Shown in pieces: positions 1-8,806 of a stretch of 64,000 bases of DNA. The stretch is taken from NCBI GenBank assembly GCA_964555185.1, contig CAZKRD010000001.1, forward strand, positions 124,265 through 188,264, read 5' to 3'. Position 1 is the first letter of the stretch. Every line of letters begins with the position of its first letter. Origin of the DNA: an uncultured Candidatus Saccharibacteria bacterium (GTDB taxonomy: Bacteria; Patescibacteriota; JAQUNI01). Position numbers and translations under genes: made by a program. The notes beneath the pieces are model-generated. The model was not told the DNA's origin, searched no databases, and worked only from the letters and a program-made list of their open reading frames with translations.

Positions 1-313
1 TAGTCACCTCATAGATATCCATATAGAAAGCATCAAGATAGACTGTGTGCACAGGCAGTTCATCAGGATCTCCTCCTGAGAATGCATCGCCCAATGCATT
101 GCCCATCTCGAATTCACCCTGTGGGATTAACACCATTCCTTTCTGGCTACCGATATCTACCCCTTCTACCAATTCATCTTTTGGGTCCATGCCGCTCTGT
201 TTCTGTATATCAACGTTGCTGGTATTGCCGCCCGGCGTGGTTGGGTTGTCACTGCCACAGCTGATTATTAAAAAAGCCAACAACATAGTCAAAACTACTA
301 TTATCCTTTTCAT
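1..313 (-). CDS. Lipoprotein with formylglycine-generating-enzyme (FGE-sulfatase/SUMF1) family domain; 5' part only, runs off the left edge
   Basis: Not in the ORF track. Manual translation from ATG 313: MKRIIVVLTMLLAFLIISC-GSDNP...MVLIPQGEFEMG...DELPVHTVYLDAFYMDIYEVT. This gives a lipobox Cys plus the typical N-terminal FGE motifs. AGGAG RBS upstream. Confidence 0.8.
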   Translation of the reverse strand, partial: MKRIIVVLTMLLAFLIISCGSDNPTTPGGNTSNVDIQKQSGMDPKDELVEGVDIGSQKGMVLIPQGEFEMGNALGDAFSGGDPDELPVHTVYLDAFYMDIYEVT

Positions 314-372
314 CCAGATCACTCCTTTTCATTGCTATCAACTAGATTTTGCCATTCTGGAAACTCTTTTTC

Positions 373-401
373 ACTCTACAAGATAAACATTCAAAAGTCA
401 A
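373..401 (-). promoter_or_regulatory. Sigma70-type promoter for the lipoprotein gene (duplicated at 1886-1914)
   Basis: Minus strand reads TTGACT-17 nt-TAGAGT. Confidence 0.6.
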
Positions 402-405
402 GTAA

Positions 406-563
406 TGTCATTGCGAGGAGCGACCAGAGGGAGCGACGCGGCAATCTCCAAACAGCAAGAATGAACCATTTTACTGGACAGAGATTGTCGCCAATACCGG
501 GTGACCACCCAAAGGGTGGCTTCGGTCATCTCTCGTCAAGCTCGGGTTTCCCTCGCAATCACA
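406..563. repeat. REPIN-like paired palindromic element (TGTCATTGCGAG family)
   Basis: TGTCATTGCGAG...GCAATCTC, a ~32-nt spacer, then GAGATTG...CTCGCAATCACA. Confidence 0.85.
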
Positions 564-580
564 GAAAATAAAAAGCCAAA

Positions 581-661
581 ATGCCTTTATCTAATTTGTC
601 AAAAAAGAATATTTTCTACCGCTTCCGGAAATTCATTTCCGCTATTTTGAAGGTTCTTTAA
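581..661 (+). pseudogene. Truncated duplicate of the 5' end of the 1976-aa gene
   Basis: MPLSNLSKKNIFYRFRKFISAILKVL* compared with MPLSDLSKKNILYRFRKFISVLL at 2094. Confidence 0.8.
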
Positions 662-750
662 AACTATCAATCCTTACATTTTGAAAAGTGAGGAATAAAA
701 AAAGCCCAAGAGAGCAAAGGTTAGGAAAAAATTGCTTTTGGGCTATTGGG

Positions 751-1818
751 CTACTTAATTTCATAATCAGCCAGGAGATAGAGGCGGGTTTTCCCGTCAT
801 CATATTCAGACTTGACAAATCCCACTCCATTTCCGAGCCAGACGCAAAAGTCGTGTCTTTTGAGCTTAATACATCTAAATGTACCCGCGGGTACAGTGAT
901 TTTTTCTGTGCCCATAAATTGGAAGTCATGATAAATTGGGTGACCATCATCCGGTCCGCTGGGAATGGACGCAGCTCGAATCAGGACGCCATTCCTATAC
1001 CCATAATATCTTGGTGCGTAACTGTTGTGATCTTCCCGATCCGACTTTTTGACCACAACATAGTAATCCTGACCTCCAAAGTTTAGGATTCGGGTAATAT
1101 TTTCGATGAAGGTTTCCCAAAGCCCACCGTCAACAAAGTGTTGTGTTTTCTTCCAATTACCTACACCAAGAGGAAAATAGATTTGCCAGTCAACATCCTC
1201 CATACATGTAGGTTCGTCGCTTGCTTCACTTTCGAGTTTGGGATCTGGATCTGTATGCTCCTGTCCACTTTGTTCTGTTGCATCTGTTGCTGAAGCGGGA
1301 TCGTCCAACCAAACTGCTTGGTCAATTTTCTCCTGCACTGGAATTTTAACATCATCATAAACTAGATATAATTTCCCTTGTTGATAATCTGGATTATAGG
1401 AGGTGAACAGGCCAACAGACGCGTTTTGCCCTGGTTCCAGGATAAGTTTCGGAGGGGCGCCGCCGCGCAGACTGGGCAGGTGGTAGGCTATCTGCCCGAA
1501 AGAAAATTTGTCAACCGTCGGATCAAGCATGACCATATCATTGTCGTGATGCACAAATGATCCCTTAATGTCCTGGAACGCGAAATCTGACTCATAGATC
1601 GTGATTGTATCTGACCTTCTATTGATTATCAGGACATAGAAGCATATATCCACTACAGGTATACCCAGAAAGCTTTCGCCATGCACAGACTCAACCTTCT
1701 CGATTTTTATCTCTACGCCACTTGTACTACTGCTTGCTGTTTCTGCCGGGTTTTCCTCACCGCAGCCAATGATTGTTAAAAAAAGAACTAACAACATAGT
1801 CAAAAATATCCTTTTCAT
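751..1818 (-). CDS. Lipoprotein of unknown function (Ig-like N-domain; C-terminal domain with ITVPAGTF motif)
   Basis: ORF 751..1827; ATG 1818 follows AGGAG. Signal peptide ends LTIIG-C; TEKITVPAGTFRCIKL motif near the C-terminus. Confidence 0.8.
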   Translation of the reverse strand: MKRIFLTMLLVLFLTIIGCGEENPAETASSSTSGVEIKIEKVESVHGESFLGIPVVDICFYVLIINRRSDTITIYESDFAFQDIKGSFVHHDNDMVMLDPTVDKFSFGQIAYHLPSLRGGAPPKLILEPGQNASVGLFTSYNPDYQQGKLYLVYDDVKIPVQEKIDQAVWLDDPASATDATEQSGQEHTDPDPKLESEASDEPTCMEDVDWQIYFPLGVGNWKKTQHFVDGGLWETFIENITRILNFGGQDYYVVVKKSDREDHNSYAPRYYGYRNGVLIRAASIPSGPDDGHPIYHDFQFMGTEKITVPAGTFRCIKLKRHDFCVWLGNGVGFVKSEYDDGKTRLYLLADYEIK

Positions 1819-1880
1819 CCAGATCACTCCTTTTCATTATTATCATTAGATTCAACAGATTCAACCTATCTATAAACTCA

Positions 1881-2154
1881 TTTTCACTCTACAAGATAAA
1901 CATTCAAAAGTCAAGTAATGTCATTGCGAGGAGCGACCAGAGGGAGCGACGCGGCAATCTCCAAACAGCAAGAATGAACCATTTTACTGGACAGAGATTG
2001 TCGCCAATACCGGGTGACCACCCAAAGGGTGGCTTCGGTCATCTCTCGTCAAGCTCGGGTTTCCCTCGCAATCACAGAAAATAAAAAGCCAAAATGCCTT
2101 TATCTGATTTGTCAAAAAAGAATATTCTCTATCGCTTCCGGAAATTCATTTCCG
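1881..2154. repeat. Direct repeat copy 2, including REPIN-like element 1919-2076
   Basis: Matches 368-641 at offset 1513. Confidence 0.95.
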
Positions 2155-5100
2155 TTCTTTTGTTAGTAGGTGTTTTTGCTCTTTCTATTGGTTTTCATCC
2201 CTTGCAGGTTAGCGCAGATAGTGATGACGCAATAAATAAGCGCATTGAAGAGGGCGGGTCTATAGGGACTTCTAGTTTATTTCAAGATTTAGTTGTGGGT
2301 CCGATTAGTTCGTTCGGCTCTATGCTTCAGAATTTCAAATACGGCGATGTGATTAACCTTATTCTAAAAAACACCCTAAACAAGATTATTGATCGTTTCT
2401 ATGATAAGGTGATTAAAGAATTTGAGGATAAATATCGGGTTAAAGACACTCTAACCCAATGGTGGCTGCCTTATGTTAATGCTCGGTTTGATAAGTTTCA
2501 CGGCTGGGTAGGCGAGCAAGTGGGAGGCGGGATGGAAGGGCCTCTCTTAGAGGTGTTTTTAGCTTTAGAGAATACAGTCTATAAAGGGGTGGTGGATACG
2601 GGCCATTATTTAGAAAACAGGCTTTTTAAGACATTAGAGCTTCTTTTAAAAGGAACCGGCGCGATTGTCGCCAAGGAAGTCGGTATGCAGGTGGGTACTT
2701 CTAATTATTTTAATTATGGATTCAGGTCTTTGGGCACGGATGCTTTAACCATGTTTTGGAAGGGAGAGGCAAAGGTCTTAGAGATGACGCAAGAGGCAGA
2801 AAGAGACGCTTCTCTTGATTACCTTACTTCTGATGCTTTAACCAGAGGCGATCAGGTGATGAACCAGCCAGAGGGCGGATTAAATCTGGCTAAAGAGCGT
2901 GAGATCAGGAAAAATTCAAAATATAATTTTAAGGAAATAGAAGATCAGATGAGCGAATGGGCGTATGAAAACGCTGGCGTTGGCAACGATCCAGCGCGTA
3001 AATGCGCGTATGCTTTTGAGGACGGATCTGTTTATAGAGTTACTGTGGGTTCAGATAAGCTTGATGGCGGAGATTTTGGATACAGCCATGTTCCTAATGT
3101 TCAAGGACCGGGGCAATGGGACATATTTCCCTATTCAGAAAAATCAAACTGGAATGTTTTGCGAATTTGGTCTTTATTTGATGATGGTTTAGCTGATCTT
3201 GTTTATGATGAAAGCGGAAAATTCCAAAAGATATTTTATTATGGCAGTACTGGTGCCCCCCAAGAGGTTCAAAGTTATGCTATCTATAATAAAGCAGGTT
3301 TAATCAAAATCTGGTCTTGTCGTCTTAGCGGCCCAGCGCATATTAAATACAAAGATGCTGGCTTGATTGAGAATATTAATTATTACGCGGACCCTAAAGC
3401 TACCCCGCGTTCAATCACGACATTCTCTTTTTCTTCCCGTTCTGGCTCGGTAACGGGCTGGACTGGCCTGATCGAGCGTCCTGGCCAGGCAGTGAAAAAT
3501 TATTTACAGGAATTAATTAACAGTCGTTTTGAGCGGGCAAATGATGAGAGCTCTAGTTTAACCGGTTTGGGCAAGGTGATGTATGATTTGATGGACGGGT
3601 TCACGGACGCGATTCAATTTGAAACAATCATTGAAGAAAGAGAGGGCCACCCAATGTATGGCTGTCCGGTTGGTTTTGATACGAATATTGACGATCTCTG
3701 GCAGGAGATGCGGCCTTTTGGCGACAAAGAGAATCCTTCGAGTTTTGACTGTTTGATGCGGGCGGTTGGCCAGATTGGCTGGGACATCTTTCCGACTATT
3801 GCCAAATACATTGGCTGTTTAGCGGAAAAATTGCTTTGCTGGATTTTCAATATAGATTCCAAGAGCGCGGAATCGCAGACTGTTCAATATGATTATGAGA
3901 CAGAGGTTAAGGAAGAAGGAGAGTGGGGCGAGAACCGCGCTGTCGCTCTTGATGAAGCGGGAGAGCCAATCAAAAAGAGAAATACTGGCCGCTTTACGAC
4001 AGAGAGTTTTTTAAGGTTTGCTGCCCAATATTTGATTTATGTTAAGTTGATTAAGCCCCACATGCCGGATGTGAGCGGGCTCGCGGGTAGTTTTTGGGAG
4101 TGGGTTAAAAATCAAGATTGGTTCCCTGAGTGGGGTAAAAGTCTTGGTGATGCCTTAAGCACCATTCTTGAACTTGCTGATGATTTTCTTGAATCCTGGG
4201 CCTGGGGAAAGGTGATAGCCTTTGCTTTGAAATTGCTGGGATTTTGCGATGATCGGTGCGAGGACAGGGAAAGTACGCCTGTGCCCAAAAAGCCAAAGCT
4301 TAGTTGTGAAGAGATATGCCAGGAATATCCTGATTCGGTTGTTTATACGGGCAACCATTCTATTTGGCACGAAGATCCTAATAAATCCGGCACTTTTTTA
4401 CGAGACGCGATTGGCGCGGACGGAAAGGAACTGGGCCTCGAGGAAAACAAGAATGGCGCTTTAATGGCCGGGACAGATAACTATTTAGGTATTGAGATGT
4501 GTAATTGTACAGAGGATACAGCGGCTTTAGGCTGGAAGTTTTCTCTCCAGTCTGATCAGAAGGATTTTGAAAATAGTTTGGATCCTGAATACAGAGTAAC
4601 ATCTGACCCTAAAAATGAGGTCCTATTAGAAAATAGTACAATGATGGATGGGAGTACTTCTTCCTGCCAGCGGAACAATCACTGTTTGATTCCCCGTGTT
4701 GTTTCCGCGGATTCGAAAAAGGGCTGGCGAAAATTCAAAATTGAGGTGGGCGAAAAGGCAAGAACCCGCGAGGTTATTTTTTCTTTGGTTACGCATCAGA
4801 TGGCGAATTTACATGATGATCAGGGAATTTTTGAGAATATTTATTATCAAACCGTAAAAACAGACGATGAAGGAAGGGTTATTTTCAATACAAACACTAA
4901 ACTTCCTGAAATAGACTTCAAAAAGCTTGATGATCAAGAAATCAGCTTCACTCTTCCAGTTAGAACAGAGACCCTTTTCGATATTATGGCTCCGCTATAT
5001 GACAGCGATGATGAGAACAAAGGAGACCTGCCTCTTCAGAAAATTTACAGAACTGATTTAGATGAACCGCCAGTCCTTGTCTCTTATGGGCCTGATACTG

Positions 5101-8024
5101 ACTTTTACCGGCCAGGCGCGGATTATACCTGGCAGTTATATTTGCGTAATAAAATCCAAGGCGCGGCTTGGGGCAATTTACCATCGCCGCAGGCAGAGGT
5201 TGATTCTGCCTCTCAAAGGGTTTTGCAGTCTAGTCCGAGTCCGAGTCCGACTCCTACTCCTGATACCCTCCCCAGCTGTACACTTTCTGCTAATCCTTCA
5301 AGACCAGAACCTGATCATATTGTGAATTTTTCAGCTAGAGTGACGGATGAAAACAATCATATCACTGATTGGATATTTGATTATGACGATGGCGCGTGGA
5401 CAAGTGGCGAGGGCAGTCCCGGGGCCGAGGCATCCTTTAGCCATACTTACACTGTGCCGGGAGGCAGTTATACTCCTGCCTTAATACTCAATCTTGATAC
5501 TGGTCCGGGTACGGTTGGTTGTATTACAGCAGTTGATGTTATTGGCCATGGCGCCGAATACGATAGCTTATATGGCAAATTAGAAGCAGTGCCCTACGGT
5601 ACAGAGAGTCAGGAAATGATTGATCGCTGTGTTCAGGGGATTAGCGTGGAGGATGCTCCTTTTCCAGATGATTATCCTGACAGGATTATGTTTATGCATA
5701 TGGGCAGGTATCAGCCTTCCGGCGCCGCTAATGCTATGATGCATGAAATCAGAGCTTATCAAGAAGAATGGCTAGAGAATTATAGGTATGAACATCCGCC
5801 AACAATGGCGCAGTATATGTTTAAGGCTAATTTAAAACTCAACGCGTTAGGACCGAATGTTGCTTTCCCGGGTATGCGCGATGAAATTTTTGAGGAGCTT
5901 GACACCGAATTTGGATATGGACCCACAGAAAATGTAATGAAGACCCAAGAATGGAAAGACTCTGTATATCAAGCATGGGAAGAAACCCTTACGGTTTATA
6001 GGATAACAGCAGGCGGCAGTCTGACCCCGATTACCAGGGACGAATTTGACTATATTCTTTCGATGATGACTGGCGATGTGGCTATGGGAGTGGTAACGGG
6101 CATTGGCCTTTTTCGCCCCAACATTGGTCAGGCCCTAGGGGCGATTCAGCTGCTTGGAAGGGGCTTAAAGTGGGTAATAAATAAGGTTGGAGGGGATTCT
6201 ACGAGCAGGCTTAGTTCGGAAATAGGAAAGGCCGGCCCTAGACAGCAAGTTTTAGATTTTGATCACAGTCAAAACCTTAATATTAACACGCATCGGGGCA
6301 AGTTTAAGATTGAGCTTAAGAACGATGACGATGAATTCTGCAACGGTAAGGTTATTCCTTTTATGCTTTATTTGTATAAAAATAAAGAGAAACGCCCGAT
6401 CAGCGCTCTTCCCTATAACTGGCTAATCGGCGAGCCGGAAGAGCCGACCCCAACTCCGACCCCATCCCCATCCCCAACTCCATCCCCATCCCCAACTCCG
6501 ACCCCATCCCCAACCCCTCCAAGCAATCCACTTGAGTTTGTGAAGTGTGAGGTTTATAAGGACGAGTGCCATCCTGACCGTGCATTAGAAGGTATTTGCA
6601 CAAATAATAATGGCATGATTGAGCCGGCAGAGACAGTTACTCTCAAGGTATATCTTAAAAATAAAACTGGAGGGTTTATAGAAAGCGAGGTGACTTTTAC
6701 TTCTATGAATCTCCCTAGTGAAGTTTGCGTGGGCATTTCACCTGGTGATGGCTCTTGTCCTGGCTTTTTGAACCAAACTTATTATCTTGACGGCGGCGCG
6801 ATTTTTGGTCATCGCTATCCATTTGCTGTTTCGAAATATTATAGCAAATCCTACTTGACTTTTCGTTTGCTCGGTGATATTGAAGGCAGCGGCGGCCAGC
6901 GCGCGATTGATGAGCAATTTATTGTAAATTTATATAGATCAGACAATGTCTGTGTATGGGGCCCTGATCCATCGCCAACACCGACGCCAACACCGACGCC
7001 AACCCCTCCTTCAGGGTACCCTGATTTAGTCGTGAAGCCTGGCGAGGAGTTTGGGTATAGGATGAAAAATGACAAAGATGGCAGTGGCGGAGTAACTGTT
7101 GGCGACGAAGTTGAGGTGTGGTTTAGGGTTACAAATCAAGGAACAGAGGATATGGACTCAGGAGATAAATGGGATATAAAACTGTATTCGCGTTATGGCA
7201 GTGGTAATTTTGATCATTTTAGGACATATACGGACCAGAGTCCGCTTGATGCTCCTAGCGGGAGCAGCTGGGATACTGTAGTAGTTTATTACTTCCCTAT
7301 TTTCGAGATCAGAGAGTCAAAAGATGTTTGTTTTGCCTTAAAAATAGATTCTGGTGATGATGTTGACGAGGGTTCTAGTGGAGAGAGAAATAATGAACCT
7401 GGCTTTAGCTCGCCTTATTACTGCATTCCGGTAGGCAGTACTCCGACTCCGACTCCTCCGGAGGTGAAGAAGGATGCTAAGATGAAAGAGGTGAACCTTG
7501 ATTCCGTAAAGGAGTCATCTCAAGGGGGTTCCTACACCTTTGATGCCGACTATACAATTGTCAATAATAGCCAGCCTCCGGATACGGCGATCGGCGGCGG
7601 AAGTGATGACTTTTACCGCAAGCCTACTTTAATGAAAGTGGATATTGGTAGAAAAGCCAGTGATTATAGTAAGACTGGGTGCTTCAAAGAGCTTGAGAAG
7701 CTTACTAATTATTCGAATAATAATAGAATAACGCGTTTGGATGAAAACGGCGATACCCAGTTTGTAAACTTTAATGATCAAGTTTATGGGCCTTGGGAAA
7801 GTGCTAGTTACCAAGTGAAGGCCGAGGTGTGGCACAAGTATGATGGAGATGATGATACCAGTAATAATATTTTATGTTCTGATCCGTTGAATATTTATAT
7901 AGGACCGTTACCGGCAGCCAATCCAGACAGTGAGCAGTCTATTGCCGGCGTAGCTCAAGAATTAACTTTAAGACAAAGAATCAAGCGGGTGTGGGATTAT
8001 GTTATAGACAAAGTCAAAAGATAA
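2094..8024 (+). CDS. Very large secreted/surface protein (signal peptide, PKD-like and CARDB-like Ig domains, Pro-Thr/Pro-Ser linkers)
   Basis: 1976-aa ORF with an N-terminal hydrophobic signal. WIFDYDDG..SHTYTVPG is PKD-like; PDLVV..VTNQG..IDSGDDVDE..ERNN is CARDB-like. Several (PT/PS)n linkers. Confidence 0.85.
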   Translation: MPLSDLSKKNILYRFRKFISVLLLVGVFALSIGFHPLQVSADSDDAINKRIEEGGSIGTSSLFQDLVVGPISSFGSMLQNFKYGDVINLILKNTLNKIIDRFYDKVIKEFEDKYRVKDTLTQWWLPYVNARFDKFHGWVGEQVGGGMEGPLLEVFLALENTVYKGVVDTGHYLENRLFKTLELLLKGTGAIVAKEVGMQVGTSNYFNYGFRSLGTDALTMFWKGEAKVLEMTQEAERDASLDYLTSDALTRGDQVMNQPEGGLNLAKEREIRKNSKYNFKEIEDQMSEWAYENAGVGNDPARKCAYAFEDGSVYRVTVGSDKLDGGDFGYSHVPNVQGPGQWDIFPYSEKSNWNVLRIWSLFDDGLADLVYDESGKFQKIFYYGSTGAPQEVQSYAIYNKAGLIKIWSCRLSGPAHIKYKDAGLIENINYYADPKATPRSITTFSFSSRSGSVTGWTGLIERPGQAVKNYLQELINSRFERANDESSSLTGLGKVMYDLMDGFTDAIQFETIIEEREGHPMYGCPVGFDTNIDDLWQEMRPFGDKENPSSFDCLMRAVGQIGWDIFPTIAKYIGCLAEKLLCWIFNIDSKSAESQTVQYDYETEVKEEGEWGENRAVALDEAGEPIKKRNTGRFTTESFLRFAAQYLIYVKLIKPHMPDVSGLAGSFWEWVKNQDWFPEWGKSLGDALSTILELADDFLESWAWGKVIAFALKLLGFCDDRCEDRESTPVPKKPKLSCEEICQEYPDSVVYTGNHSIWHEDPNKSGTFLRDAIGADGKELGLEENKNGALMAGTDNYLGIEMCNCTEDTAALGWKFSLQSDQKDFENSLDPEYRVTSDPKNEVLLENSTMMDGSTSSCQRNNHCLIPRVVSADSKKGWRKFKIEVGEKARTREVIFSLVTHQMANLHDDQGIFENIYYQTVKTDDEGRVIFNTNTKLPEIDFKKLDDQEISFTLPVRTETLFDIMAPLYDSDDENKGDLPLQKIYRTDLDEPPVLVSYGPDTDFYRPGADYTWQLYLRNKIQGAAWGNLPSPQAEVDSASQRVLQSSPSPSPTPTPDTLPSCTLSANPSRPEPDHIVNFSARVTDENNHITDWIFDYDDGAWTSGEGSPGAEASFSHTYTVPGGSYTPALILNLDTGPGTVGCITAVDVIGHGAEYDSLYGKLEAVPYGTESQEMIDRCVQGISVEDAPFPDDYPDRIMFMHMGRYQPSGAANAMMHEIRAYQEEWLENYRYEHPPTMAQYMFKANLKLNALGPNVAFPGMRDEIFEELDTEFGYGPTENVMKTQEWKDSVYQAWEETLTVYRITAGGSLTPITRDEFDYILSMMTGDVAMGVVTGIGLFRPNIGQALGAIQLLGRGLKWVINKVGGDSTSRLSSEIGKAGPRQQVLDFDHSQNLNINTHRGKFKIELKNDDDEFCNGKVIPFMLYLYKNKEKRPISALPYNWLIGEPEEPTPTPTPSPSPTPSPSPTPTPSPTPPSNPLEFVKCEVYKDECHPDRALEGICTNNNGMIEPAETVTLKVYLKNKTGGFIESEVTFTSMNLPSEVCVGISPGDGSCPGFLNQTYYLDGGAIFGHRYPFAVSKYYSKSYLTFRLLGDIEGSGGQRAIDEQFIVNLYRSDNVCVWGPDPSPTPTPTPTPTPPSGYPDLVVKPGEEFGYRMKNDKDGSGGVTVGDEVEVWFRVTNQGTEDMDSGDKWDIKLYSRYGSGNFDHFRTYTDQSPLDAPSGSSWDTVVVYYFPIFEIRESKDVCFALKIDSGDDVDEGSSGERNNEPGFSSPYYCIPVGSTPTPTPPEVKKDAKMKEVNLDSVKESSQGGSYTFDADYTIVNNSQPPDTAIGGGSDDFYRKPTLMKVDIGRKASDYSKTGCFKELEKLTNYSNNNRITRLDENGDTQFVNFNDQVYGPWESASYQVKAEVWHKYDGDDDTSNNILCSDPLNIYIGPLPAANPDSEQSIAGVAQELTLRQRIKRVWDYVIDKVKR
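6443..6518 (+). repeat. Coding hexamer-type repeats (Pro-Thr/Pro-Ser linker)
   Basis: ccgaccccaactccgaccccatccccatcc...; similar linkers near 5233, 6969 and 7438. Confidence 0.85.
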
Positions 8025-8258
8025 ATATCAAAGCAGATTTACTTTTTTTCTTTTGCGATTTGATTTTAATTGACTTTGTGGATAAATTAAGCAACTCTTC
8101 TTGGCAGGGGTTGTTTTTTTATGGTATAGTAAATATGAGATTGTGATCCATTTCGGAGTGAAAATAAACAAGAATTAAAAAAAGGAAAAGAAATACCCCT
8201 TTTGCTTTTGGATTAGAAAAGCAGGGAGGGAAATTTTGGGTATTCAAGATAATTCTGT

Positions 8259-8806
8259 ATGCAAGGAAAGTTATGTCGTCGTCGTTCCATTAGATTGCCA
8301 GCATATAATTATTCTCAAGCCGGATATTATTTTGTGACGATTTGCACCCAGAATTTTTGGTGTTGTTTGGGAGAAGTTATTGCTGGGGAGATGAAACTAT
8401 CCGAAGCAGGGCATATGATTGATCAGAAATGGCAGGGATTAAAGAATAAATTTAAAAACATCAGGTTAGATCGATATCAGATTATGCCAAATCATTTCCA
8501 TGGGATTATTGTCATTACCCGTACAAAAATCGTCCCAGACTAGGTGATATTATTGGTGCATTTAAATCGATAACAACCTATAGATATATCCAAAATGTCA
8601 AAAGTAAAAACTGGCCTCGGTTTCACAAGCGTTTCTGGCAGCGCAACTATTACGAACACATCATCAAAACCGAAGAGTCCCTAAACCAATTCCGTGAATA
8701 TATTAAGAAGAACCCAGTACATTGGGAGAGTGACAGGAATAATCCTGATAATGTTAAGGTGAAATATTCCGCAAAAATTAAAACACAATGCGTAAAAATA
8801 AGTTAA
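8259..8806 (+). pseudogene. REP-associated tyrosine transposase (RAYT, Y1/HUH family), frameshifted
   Basis: RRSIRL..Y..AGYYFVTICT..MPNHFHGII in one frame (stop 8543). LGDIIGAFKS..FWQRNYYEHII..YIKKNP in another frame, ending TAA 8804-8806. Confidence 0.85.

Larger units (their letters stand above)
368..641. repeat. Direct repeat copy 1 (partner 1881-2154)
   Basis: 368-592 is identical by eye to 1881-2105 and near-identical to 641/2154. Looser similarity extends left over the lipoprotein RBS and signal peptide (~270-345 vs ~1775-1850). Confidence 0.95.
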
